Origin: Klebsormidium nitens
Lineage: Eukaryota > Plantae > Klebsormidiophyceae
Direction of reading: 5' to 3'
Assembly: GCA_000708835.1 (NCBI GenBank)
Contig: DF237376.1
Span: 15,116 to 79,115, forward strand
DNA length: 64,000 bases
How positions within the stretch are numbered: the stretch's first letter is position 1; the number at the start of each line of letters is the position of its first letter. The notes under the pieces were generated by a model, which saw only the letters and a program-made list of their open reading frames with translations, was not told the origin of the DNA and did no database searches. The translations under genes were made by a program, and so were the position numbers. Positions 1 through 12,100 of this stretch are shown here, piece after piece.

Positions 1-1492
1 TAGATGTTCGAGGTTGGAAATTTCGTCGACCATATTCCAAAAGTCTAGGACTTGCGACTGAGCGTTTGATTATGCCTCACCAGAAGTGCTGCGAGTACGA
101 CGGGCTTCACAAAGTGAAGAATTTTGGACTGAACATGTTTTTGGAATCAATGAAGGAAGACAAAAACAGCCATTGGACGGCTCACATAACAAGATTTCAG
201 CATGTTGTCTGCGGCTTTTGTGATGCTTTAAGTTCGAAGCAGGGCAACTTCGGGTCCTAAGCGAATTAATTGCAGAGCTAAGATCGCGTTTGGAGGTCCC
301 GTGCAACACTAGCTAGTACGCCTGAAGTGTTCCTTCCAATTCTTCGCAGGTTTTGCATCTGCACTTTGGCAGTCGTTGCACCTCGGAAACCCTGGAACCA
401 ATCTCCCTCCTTGAGAACCTGGAGGAGCTGCATATCCGGAGAGCTGGGCTGGAGCGAGTGCCTCCATGGATCTCAAAATTCTCCAAACTCCAAGTATAAA
501 TCTCTTACAAAAAGCTTGCTCATCATTGCATCATGCCCTCCGAACTCGTGTGAAGCCTATGTCTTGTTGTGACAACGAGTTGCTTCGCCAACAGCGTTTT
601 AATGCTCAAGCCAAATCCTGCTAATTTTCTTGTGTCTCTTGCAAAACAAGAAGGGTCGCGAATCCAGTTGGTTCGTCCAGCAAGCAAGTTCTTCCGAACC
701 TTGCCAAGAACATCTCGGCACTTGATTGAGGGGCCCCAGCAAGACCTCACGTCTCGTGTTCCATAAGCACAGGACCATCCTCGTCAGGCTTTTGAAAACT
801 CGATCGCACTATTGCAGGAAGTTCACTTGGGCAGGTTCGGGCAAGAGGATAAGGCGTCACCATCGTTCATCGACCTCGCGCTCATTTCTCAAGTCGAAAC
901 GATCGAGGGACTTGACTTCATTGGGGCTTCGCTTCCCTATGAGCTATTCACCTTAAGTAACCTTCAATCGTTGAGTTTCTATAATGAAATACCGATCGTT
1001 GATCTCGGTATCTTTGAGCTCTGTGGGCCGAGACTCGAAGCCCTCACGGTCTTTTCAGGGAAGGACTTCGAGTATGAATCCTATACAAGACTGGAAGGCT
1101 TAGCCAAGCTCAAAGGTTTGAGAAACTTCCGATTCGATACTGATGCAAGATATGAGGAGGTTGAAATCATCATAGACGAGGGTCTGCTCAATATCGAGAC
1201 GGTTGATATCAGTTGTACGGGTCGCATCTTCTTTCAGGGAGAGAAGGAAAGCTTTGAACAACTTTGGATCGGAATGAAGCACTTTGCAGTACAGTACCTG
1301 GACTATGGTAAAGCAAACGGCGACGAAATGCGGTCTGGACTTAGAAGCATGGCTGCGGCGGCGAGATGGCGCGGCGTTGTTTTGACTAAAACTAGAGAGG
1401 AAGCGACCGCCCTCACTCGTCATAAGACCTTGGGGAAAGGTACGCGGGTTCGTATAGAGTACACATCTCAACATTCTCATACGGTCTTGTAG
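1..1492 (+). CDS. Leucine-rich-repeat (possibly F-box/LRR) protein, 5'-partial; exons ~<1-113, 350-493, 818-1492
   Basis: Exon 350-493 reads VLHLHFGSRCTSETLEPISLLENLEELHIRRAGLERVPPWISKFSKLQ (LxxLxL LRR pattern) between cag| and |gtataa. It joins in phase 0 to ttgcag|GAAGTT at 818, which continues the 226-aa ORF (LFTLSNLQSLSF, LAKLKGLRNFRF) to the stop at 1492. The upstream exon is tentative. Confidence 0.6.
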
Positions 1493-3136
1493 TTTAAGGA
1501 AGCTAATCTTGACAGCCCCGTTTCGCGCAACTGCGTTCTCCGGCCTGAATATATCTTGACTTGGAAAGGCTGCCTAAGATGGTTCTCATTCAAATTTGAA
1601 TAGACAAATTCAAACGTGATTGTTGTGCAATGACGGATACTGGCGTAAACGTGCGGTTATTTTGTATCATCGCTGATTTTGGCCGTACGTTGCTTTGAAG
1701 CAGAAGGTTGTAGTTAAGTCACTGCGGAATAAAGAAAGAACTCTCGACCTCAAAGAAGTCGAAACACTCGTTACTCACTCAGCCACGTAGTTACCCTAAA
1801 GAGACCCACCACTTCCATGGGTTCTGTCATCGATTCCGGAAAGCGCGATTGCTGATATTCAATGCGTCATGCGGCGTGATGGAAAGAGAGAAAGAGTGCC
1901 TGCTTGTGTCCGCGACTAAGCAGCTAAGTAGGCATGTCTTAGACGGCAAAAAAAGTCTGTTTGCGCGGCCGAATCATGCTATGAGTGAGCAGATGAAATG
2001 AGAAACCTCTCTCTTATTACGCCCCCTTCACTGTTCCAACCTCGAGTTTCAAACTATACGCACTTACATATGCACGAGCGCCGCAGCTTCAATCGTATAA
2101 CTTTGCAGATCAAGGAACGCGTTTGTACGTTTTATCTGGTAAGCATCTAGTTTAGCCGCTTTAACACAATCAATGAGATGCAGTGTGGCAGTAAGTGACG
2201 AACGGCTACATTGCTGGGAGGGGAAGGATGCCCTCACCATTGAACAAGCAGAGCGGATGCGATATGTAACTACTAGCCTTCAGGAAAAAACAGAGATTCG
2301 GTTCGAATGAACAAGCAGCAAAGTCAGGCTTCATTTTCAGGTTCTTTCAGATTATCTACAGTCGGTGTCACTACTAACGGCATGTGAGCACATCAATGCA
2401 ATCTGTCTAAAAGTTGCGAACATGGGCTCCTCTTCCTTTGGAAGACTCGATTGCCAGAGGATATATCAACGGGTGTTTCTATAGAATGCGCGCGCACAGG
2501 AGAGTCTTGGCTCGCGGCCCCGCGGCCGCGTAGCCGCGCGGCCAACTCCAGGGAACGGTGTCAAGCAAAGCGCCCTGTGCGCGCGCATGCACCCCATAAG
2601 GCATGGTGTCAACTCGTAGAAGCGTTAAGACGAGAACTGTAATTGCAATTCTTTCGACACCTGCTCAGTACCTATGGCGTCAAAGTACTTTTATTTTCTT
2701 CTAGTGTTGACCACCGGTCCGGCAAGCATGCAATATCGTCTCGTAATAGAACACGATTTGACGCGGGCGACAGAGTCTGCACCATCGAGATGCTTGCAAA
2801 CAGGTTGGAGCCGACTCGGAGTCTTGTGTACATCAAGACTAGGAGACTGGGAATTCAGAAGCGCACCTGCATGCAGCGGCAAAGATCTGATCAAAGCCGT
2901 GGATCGAAGTGGCAGGTCCCCAATCTTCCCGCTTGCCAGAAGAAATTTTCTGCACAACTCGAAGAGTGCTCAATCGTCTCGTCCGCTCAAGCAGCTGGAG
3001 TCAAAAAATGGACGGAGGCGCTACCACCGTTTTGCGCATAGCTCGACCAGCCCTTTACTTGTCAGTCAAAGAGAGCTACGAAAGCCCAAGACTGCCGTCA
3101 TTCTCTCCCGTCCCTTACAAGAGCCGCCTCCGGCCG

Positions 3137-5678
3137 ATGACCGCCCGTCTCGCCGCCTTCTGCCCTCTGCGCCTCAGAATCGCCCCGCGGCCTGCACGCT
3201 ACTACACCAGCGCGCGCGCGCACACAGGATCTAGCATGGCGGGCTCCCAGGAGCACGACATCGAGGCGGAGATCGAGCGGATCAAGAACCTGCCGGAAGA
3301 GGAGAAGCGGAAGCTGGACGAGCGCGCGCGCAACGGGGAGACCGTGGTGCCCGGGGGGACGGGCGGGAAGTCGCTCGAGGCGCAGCTGCACCTCGCGGAA
3401 GGTCAGAAGCTCGGGGTTTGACATGAACCGCGGGAATTTGTAGCTGGTTCGAGCTGGGTTTGTCTTTTTGCGCGAGATCAATTTACAGTTGCTTCGAGCC
3501 AAATGTGTGAAGACGAGATAGCCTCTCGCGAAGTTTTCTCCTAGTGGGCTTCTCAAATTTGGGGCGCAGAATTGTGGGGGTAAGAATGTGAGGATGGGTT
3601 TAAAGGACAGCAGTTCCCGGCTCCTCAACTAACGAATAAAATTTCGCATTATCTTATTCTTCGTGCATGCCCAATCCCCTCACTTTGGTGGACTCACAAT
3701 GGCCTCCTGTTTTGTGCTGAATCAAGGGGGTTTTAATTACTTTGAAGGGGGATCGGAGTTGCCCATTGAGAGTTTTCGGGGCAAAAATGTGACTCATGTT
3801 ATCCTGCTCACCATGTTCAGCCAGTGCTAATTGGTTTAGCTGCCTTAAAATCAATAAGACAGTCTGGTGGTCCAGGCAAAGGTCCCTGCCTGAGTTTATT
3901 GAGAAGGGATAGTATTTCGTGATCGGCTGACAACCAAGTACAGACAACCGACTCAAGGAATTTCCGTATTTGAAGGTTCGTTCGTTCCTGTCATCAGAGT
4001 TGGCGCGTAAACTCTTTTTCTGACAGGTATCCAAATGAGAAGGTACACAAAGGTACTCTTTCGTCAGGAGCCCATTTCGTGGCTCTCTAAGTCCTGATTC
4101 CCGATTCATGTTGGTGGCACTTGAAGTGGGGTTGGGCCCCGTATCTGACGCATGTAAGGAGCCGCTTGCGCTTGGAAAGCTTGATTTGATGATGAAAGGA
4201 TTGATGTACTGGGCGTTCCTTGCGAAGGAACCGCCTAAGGTAGCATTCTCAGTCGAAAGGATGCACGAAGCATTCAAAAATATACGGCCATTAAATCGCC
4301 TCCACCGATCGACTCCAAAAATCCACTTTCCGGCTCGTTTTGGCGCCCAGATTTCGGGAACTTTTCCCCGGATATGCTGCAGGTACGCGCTATAGAGGAA
4401 GCAACTAGTGAATAGATTATAGGCTGACAGCCTTCTTGCATCCGTCAAGCTTTGTGCCCAAAGCATCACCCTCGCACAAGCCCTTTTGCTCCGCATCCTT
4501 CTGACGAAGACCACTCGCCACGTGTCTTCTTTTCAGGCCGCCACAAGGGCGGCCTGCACCGCCGCCACGACTACACGGGAGAGGAGCAGAAGCAGGAGCA
4601 CGGGACGCTGAACGCGCAGGAGCGCGAGCGCGAGCGCGGGCACGCGCGCGACGTCGAGGCGGAGATCGAGCGCATCAAGAACCTGCCCGAGGAGGAGAAG
4701 CGCAAGCTGGACGAGCGCGCGCGCGCTGGAGAGACGGTGGTGCCCGGGGGGACGGGCGGGAAGTCGCTCGAGGCGCAGATCCACCTTGCAGAAGGTGGGT
4801 AGGCGTTTGATTTTATCCGGAGATTCTGCCGCATCAAACGTATGCTTCTATTGAATGAGCACTGAGAAGCGCCGGCGAACTTTAACTGATGAAGGGACAT
4901 CCGACTGTCTTAAATGCATCATTTGTGTGCGCGGGGTGCTGAGGGGTGCTTGAAACCTCAGAAGCTTCGACCGTCTTCACATGTTACTAAGCGTTTTGGA
5001 TCAACGGGGACGGAATCAGACACTTTTGCCTTTGTGGGCGACCGAGATCTGATCGTTCCAGATGACGGACCTTTCAAGCATTCCTGGACCTTGAAAGTTC
5101 TCATCCGAGCTGAATTCGATGTAAACGTTCTCATGAGATCACGAAGAAGGGTCTCGTAGACTTTCTTCAAGCACGTTTGGTCTTTGCAGCAAGATTTTAT
5201 CTTCCTTTCCTTTACTTCGACATCTTCTGGTTATACGTTACGATATGCTACTTGAAAGTGAATTTATATTTTCCCCAACCCCGCTCTGTTTCATACGGGC
5301 TTGCCGATCTTAGGTGACCGCGCTTTGTCTCGCAGGGAAAGAGGAACGAGTTCGAATGGTGATGTCCGTGCTCTCCTCAAGTTACGTTGCTCTCGCAGAC
5401 TAGAAGGCGTCCGCTCGTTGATGTGTGCTCTCACTGTTTCTTCATACTTCTCGACAATCGCTTGCCCTTTCCGGAGGGCCGGCGAGGTAGTGCCCGTGAA
5501 ATTGCCCGGAAAGCTCTCCCGTAAATGTTCCCACATCTGTATTGGGAAGGTAGGTATCATCCACATCTGCCCCTCCTTTTCTGAACCGCTTGTAACGATC
5601 TCAACCTCAAAACGTGTCCTTTTTCCAGGCCGCCACAAGGGGGGCATGCACAGAGGGCACGGTTACGCGGCCGCATGA
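3137..5678 (+). CDS. Group-1 LEA / Em-like protein with two copies of the Em N-terminal domain; exons 3137(or 3236)-3401, 4537-4794, 5629-5678
   Basis: Two copies of the Em signature [30 protein letters not shown]|RxxGG, with phase-1 introns at the AEG|R position typical of plant Em genes. Exon lengths are phase-consistent (166/258/50 nt from ATG 3236, giving 157 aa). An in-frame upstream ATG at 3137 adds 33 aa. Confidence 0.9.
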
Positions 5679-6647
5679 GGGCACCAATGAGACGAAACAC
5701 CAGAAGACCGGACGATATCACCTAGTGCCAGTGTAAAGAATCATTGCTTTGCAGCTTGAACGGAGCGGGAGTGCTTGAAGGAGGTACAGGGCTATGAGGG
5801 ATATGTGTTCCCTCACAAGAAGGATATGTGTGTTCGAAGACAGTGCGGCCGTGCTGTAAAGAATGTCGACGTTTGTACCTGAGTAGTCCTTGTACTCGAC
5901 ATCAGTAAGGGAATGAACGTCCCTGACTTGTACAGCGAGCTAGAGCACCATGTCAGAAAAACTCGTCCAGTTGAGGACGTGCCCTGCTGTCACTGTGGCT
6001 AATGCGTGTCGATTGCCGCCATCGTCTGCTTCCGGCGTTTCATGAATGTTTTTAGCAACAAGGTCACAGGTATGCGCGCGTATCCCAATGGAATCAATAT
6101 GAAACATTGTTGTGCATACGAGATGCATGTACATTGAGCTGCCCACGTGGGCAGCCTCAATGTTTACGGCGTAGACGTCGACTCATTGACTAGCTGACGT
6201 AGTCACGGTAAGATCGTTATCGTTCTTGCGAAAGTCACTGCACTTTCTTTAAGAAACCAGTCGAGATATGTTAGCGCGGCTAGCTACGTATCAAGTTGTG
6301 TGCATGAATATAGCACGAGCTTAGTTGTGGCATGTCGAGAAGCCTCGGAAGTGAAGCAGCTTCCACCTTTGCGATCAATCAGCATGCTGCAATATACATG
6401 GCATGAAGCAGCATACCAATGAATGCTTGCCGGTCATAGTTGAATGATGTCGTTTGGTACGGTTATCTGGCACGCAATCAACTGAATTTCGTCCGCCAAC
6501 TTAGGGTCTTGTAGCTAAAGCATCAACGCGGGCCATGCCTGCCACCAATCGTGCGCTTTCGATATAACAACGTGAATAATACCGTCGGACAGGGACATGA
6601 GAACTGGGTTTGCGCTCGGCGGCATGTAACATGTGCCTGAAATAAGG

Positions 6648-8070
6648 TCAATCTTCCTCCAGATTTATCGAGTCTCTTCCGAACTTGCCGTAAAGAGTGT
6701 CTTTTAGCTCGCCCATCTTCCTCGTGATTTCGCTGCTTTCGTTTTCTAATTTCTTCAGCTCCGCTTCTTCCGTCTCTGTCTCTTTCAAAAGGACAGGCTC
6801 AACGTCATCTTTTTCCGTGTGGAAGAAGACGTCCCCTACTTTGACCCGGATTGATTCGTCATCATCCGCAAGCATGACCTCATTGCTCGCATCTTCTAGA
6901 TTCTCAAGGAGGGCCTGTAGAGAAGAGTACTTGAAAATCTGTTAGCTGGCGTTGTGCAGTAAACTACCTTTTCAAACCTACTTGTCGTTCTAAACAGATC
7001 GCAGATGGACAACTCAATTGCAAGGACTGACTCACGACTCGACAATCTTTTTCCGAGTCCATCAACAAAGAGCGTTCAAACGTACTGTTGCAGCCTCTGG
7101 ACTGACTACACCATGGTGAACGAGCAGCTCGACTGGAGCCTTCCTCATCCAAGCACTATAGATGTATATTGCGGTGCTGCTCCTAAGTTACAAATTGAGC
7201 TTTACACGTTCTGATAGCAGCGTGTACTTTGTGCAAACCCCAAAACGACAGATCAAGCCGCCCAACGACTTTGCAAGATGGGCCGAGAAAATTGAGGGAC
7301 CGGTCAACAGACAACTACAAAAGGAATGTGTTCAATAGCAGCTGATCCCAAAACAACCGATACTTTGCTCTTCGAGGACCATTTTTGAGAGAACTTGATG
7401 ATCCAGAGACACTGCATTCAGCTAAGATCGAGTCACAGCTGCAATTGCAGCGCTGCTCTAGCAAAACAAAGCGATTGTCGTGTGCAACCAACCAAGCACT
7501 TGGAAGCATCAACCGGGCATAAACAACTTGAAGCAGGAGTCACACTTGTCATGTAACAGCTGCGATCTGCCTTGCCCATTGATCCCAATTCTGGCGAAGG
7601 AGTTTATCGGCCTCGGAAAGTTAGGCAGTTGCGTACGCTTACCTTTTTGGCTTTGACGTCGTCCTCCAGCTCGTGGAGTCTGTTGTTCAGCCTGTTGAAC
7701 GTGTTGATGTTCTGCTGGTCCTCCCAGGTCACCTGTTGTTCTGTGCCCTCCCCCTGAGAAGACGGAATTCATGAGACGGTCAAGCATAAGAACGCCCCAG
7801 CTGAATGCCTTGTAAGTTACACTCAATGCAGTGGTAGTCTACTGCCGGATTCCTGCAGCTGAGATTTGGTGGCGCTATCTTTGAGCACTGTTCCAATCAG
7901 TTTCTGGTTGCAGTTCCGGACTCCAAACTGGCCTTGCTGTTGCAAAATGGGCAATCCCTGCAACGCCTGCTCCCCTACACAAGTCGTTCAATTTAAAACA
8001 AAAAGGGTTCTCCTCCTCCACCCTGTGAGCTGATGGGGAATGAGCAATGTGCTTGACTTACCCGCTGCAT
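6648..8070 (-). CDS. PFD4: Prefoldin subunit 4; exons 8070-8062, 7753-7643, 6914-6648
   Basis: Spliced product MQR|[37 protein letters not shown]|[19 protein letters not shown]...[15 protein letters not shown] matches the PFDN4 hallmarks [12 protein letters not shown] and SINLEED. All junctions are GT-AG and phase 0. Confidence 0.95.
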
Positions 8071-8506
8071 CTTCCCACAACTAAGCTACTGAATCCGCAC
8101 CGAGCGAATCAAATCACGTTCTAACCAATCGAGAGGTGTGTCTCTCAGGTTATTGCAGGGAGATTTCAATTTTGATGCTCATTCAGACTGCTTCAACCAG
8201 TGTCCGACTCTCAGTTGAGCGGTGCGAGCGAGCTTCTCACAAGCTTCTTCCTTGCTTCCCGCAAGCTTTTCCCAGCAAGCGACTCCTTGGGCACTGTGTC
8301 ACTGTGTGTTGTTCAGTGCTTGGAAGCGTTTGTGCGCTTCGTTTCTTTCGAGGCTCAGCTTTCGAGACAGGCGGAGTGCTGCTCAGTCACACTGACAGTG
8401 GGAGAGAGGACCATGCAAGCACTTGATTTGTCTTATGCCGTTACAAGGTGAGTTTCGACGCGTGACGGTGCCGGTTCTCTGCAAAAAGCGTCGCTTCTGC
8501 CGCAAC

Positions 8507-8601
8507 CTGAACATGCTCAATCAATCAATCAATCAATCAATTTATTTTATAGTCCCGTAGGAGCCATGGGTGGCTCATGAGACAAGGTCTGAACATGCTC
8601 A
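8507..8601 (-). mobile_element. 5'-truncated non-LTR retroelement (LINE/SINE 3' end), 69 bp, with (TTGA)n tail and 13-bp target-site duplication
   Basis: CTGAACATGCTCA occurs at 8507-8519 and 8589-8601, flanking 8520-8588. The insert begins with (TCAA)5 on the + strand and contains a 6-bp stem-loop GAGCCA-tggg-TGGCTC. Confidence 0.7.
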
Positions 8602-9143
8602 GAACATGGGTTGCGAGAAGCATTTTCTGGCGACCCTGGAGGGCTTACGTCAAAGTGACCGCGGCAGAGTGACTGAGGAAGTGGGAAGTTATGACAATGT
8701 AGCAACTGTTGTTGCTGCTTGCAGAAGCTGTGCGCATTTCATGAGCAGCCTGTACTGCTTCTTCCCCTGGATTACCTTCTTGAGCAGCTGCTTGAGGTGG
8801 TTCTCCAATTGATGCTAGCGCAGGCAGCGGGGGCATGGCAGGAACTAGCGTTTGTTGCTCATTGTCCGATTCCTCTTCCTTCAAGCTGCACAATGCCAGC
8901 CATGGGTCTTACTCAAACTGTTGCATGCAGAGCAGCTTCTCTGGGACTGCATTGACCCCACCCAAGCTGCATGCGCAGAGAAACCTGCCGCCGCCGATGG
9001 TCTCCCCCTCATGCAGCTCTAATCTTTCACCTAAACCTCCAAAACCCTGTACAAAACCTCTGACGCATCATCCTAGTCAGCACTCCACCCGCCCCGCCTC
9101 CTTCCAGGCCAAGGGGGTGAGGAAGAAACCCCACACCAAGACA

Positions 9144-12100
9144 ATGGCCAAGACTAACCGCGACGTAGAGATCCCCACTGCACCCGTCAGCACGGACCCG
9201 GGGAGCAAATACAGGGCCCCTGAGGAGGGCCCTGAAGAAACTAGAGAAGGGGGGAGCTTCACTATGGAGGAGGCGATTGACGCCCTTGGGTTCGGGCGCT
9301 TTCAGGCCCTGTTGCTGGGGTATACGGGGATGGCGTGGGTGGCAGAGGCTATGGAGATGATGCTGCTCAGCTTTGTGGGGCCTGCTGTGCGCACGGAGTG
9401 GGGCTTACAGGGGTGGCAGGTGAAGCTTGTGCTCTTATGTTTCGTTTTGTCAGCTTATATGCTACTGCTCGAATCAGAGCTATCTGAGAAGCACGGTGTG
9501 ATGAGCACCAGCTAAGAAGCACGGTGCGATGGGGCTAAGACAATTAGGTCAGGGCATGGGCGCTCTTCCTTCTTTCGCACTTTACTTAGGAGCCTAACTT
9601 GGGCTATGTGTCATGCTTCTCTCACACAATGTTGAGCTGCCTATCGAGTTTGCAACAGACTTATGAAAGAGCTGAGTGTGAAAGTTACCCTGCTCCAGGA
9701 GGCTGATGCCCCTTCCTTATAACAAGGGGGACATTGGTCTCAAAGAGCCTGATTATAGTCTCAGGAGTCCAATCTTGATAGATCTAACAACCTTCCCATC
9801 ACAAGGCATGTGTAAAGTCGAAATTGCAAAACTTGAGGCAGAAAAAGGTTGCCTGCTTACAATGGAGCAAGACAACAGCTGGAGTGTTCAGGCTTGCACT
9901 ACTTGCCATGTCTTTCCATTGAGGCCTGTCATAAGTCACTAGAAAACTGGTCAAATCACAGCAAAGGCTCAACTGAAGGCTTGCAGACCAGGGCGTGTTT
10001 GTAATAATCATCTGTAGCAGGATTGGCACAGCTGTACAGAATTTCGAAGGTCTCTGACATCAAGAATGTGGCAAAATCACAGATTATTTGTGATTCGTTG
10101 AGTAGGTCCAATCTTGTTGCCTTCTCAGGACGAAAGTTCTGATTCCTCTTATTCCAAGAAGCTGCAGAAGGGTCTTCGAATGAAGTTCTACACTTAGCAA
10201 CAACGTTCTTAGTGTTATGCCTCCCTTCGTCTTGTGCCTGTATGTCTTTTGTGTCGTATTCAGTCAACTTATGCGAGATGCTTGTGTTTACAGTCCAGTC
10301 TCTGTTGACGGCTCCTCATGTTACTGCGTCTCGTTGTGTTCTCTCGAATTGCTGACTTCGCCTTCCTTCTCTACCGGAAAACGTCCCAATCTCCTCCTCC
10401 GTTTTTGGTACCCTTTGAAAAGGCCTCTTCTAACCATTCAAACGTGTCTTCTACCGTCTAAACGCCACTTCCATTGTCCTAACGCATCTTCTATCAGCTG
10501 ATTGCCTGCTCGACCATCCATAGGCCTGTCTGAGATCATGGCCTTATCTCAGGCAACATCTTCCTTTCATTCATATGCCATTGACTCGTAAGTCTCTCCA
10601 AACCCGTTCCTAAGCGTTCGATTTTTGGAACTTCGTCGGGAGGGCACTATCTCAAGCCCCCAGTTCAGCACTGTGGCAACCGGCATCTATCGAGTTTACG
10701 TCTCGAGGTGCTACTCTTTTGTACAATGCTTGGCTCCATCCAGCGTCCTTTCCCTTCTAGTAACCCACCTTACAATCCGTGCTTCCAGTCGGTCGTCTGA
10801 CCTCTCGTCCACCCCTTCGCACTCCCTTCTTTTACAAGTCGGCCTCTTCAAGCTTCGTGTTTGTTGGCACGAGGCTTGCCTTCTTCCGAACGACAAGAGT
10901 GTGTCCCCCTGTTGTCTCGACCCGTCGCCTTTGGAACCGCGTCCTAGTCCACCTACCAACCGCAAATGCGTTTCTGCTTCAGGACGGTGCCATCATCTTC
11001 AAAGTAGTCACATATACTGTAATCAGCTCTTACCTGGTCTCGACTCCCACCCCTGTCTTCCAACCCGTGTCCTATGTTTCCGCAAACCGGTCGGACTCTT
11101 TCTTTGCAATCTCGAGCGGAGTATTGCTGATATAACAGGCTTTTAGTTCGTCGTCCTACTCGAATGTTGAATCGTCAACTAACCGCAAAACTCTTTTTGT
11201 TTCAGAAGCGCGATGCTTCCCGCGTGGTGTTGATGGGTTCCTTGTTAGCGACTTTCACTACGTCCCCTACAGCCGTCTTCAATCCGTATCCTAACCATCT
11301 TCGAACCGTTCGAATATCCATTTCGCCGCAGGAAGGCGCCATCTCGAGCTTCATGGTCAGTGGCAATCCCATCGGTTTCTTCCAGCTTTTTCTTGACCCG
11401 TTTGATGATTTCTTTCACAAGAGGGCGCCAATTCCAGCGTAGTCTTCATAAGGATGAGGATTGCCTTCTACTCGTCTTCTCGCTCGTCATTTCTGACCCG
11501 TCTACTAACCGTAACATCTTCTACCCTTCAGGAGGGCGCCATCTCCAGCGCAGTGTTCATCGGCATGAAGATCGCCTTTTACTTCGTCTCTCGCTCGCCT
11601 TCTCTGACCCGTCTACTAACCAGAAAATCTTCCTTTTCAGGAGGGCGCCATTTCCAGCGTAGTGTTCATCGGTATGATGATCGGCGCCTACTCGTGGGGC
11701 GTCTTCTCCGACCAGCGCGGCCGCCGCTTCGGCTTCTTCGCGACAGCTGTCCTCACGTTATTCGCCGGGCTTGCCAGCGCGGTGTCGCCAAACTACGGCG
11801 TCCTCCTGGCGACGCGCTTCCTGGTGCGTCTGGCTCTCCTCATGACGTCGGATTAAATGATCAAGACGTCAGGTTGTAGTAAGAATCTTCTAGAACAGCG
11901 AAGTCGACTGAACGCACAAGCATCAAGTCTTAATCTTAGAACGGCCGTTGAGTTTGAGGTCTGACGGCAAGGCGCTCACAAACAAGCTTAAGATAGTCGT
12001 AACTCAGATACAGACCCAAAGTGTGTCAATTGTGGCTCCTCTAAGTCCGTTCCAAGTCTCTCGATGGTTGTACAGCTGTTTGCATCAAGCTGGTCAATTC

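Noticed and set aside
8835-9143. 103-codon in-frame extension upstream of the MFS ATG, and the opposite-strand ORF 8645-8893
   Set aside because: Low-complexity Ser/Pro-rich sequence with no recognisable family and no GC-rich codon bias. Family similarity starts after ATG 9144.
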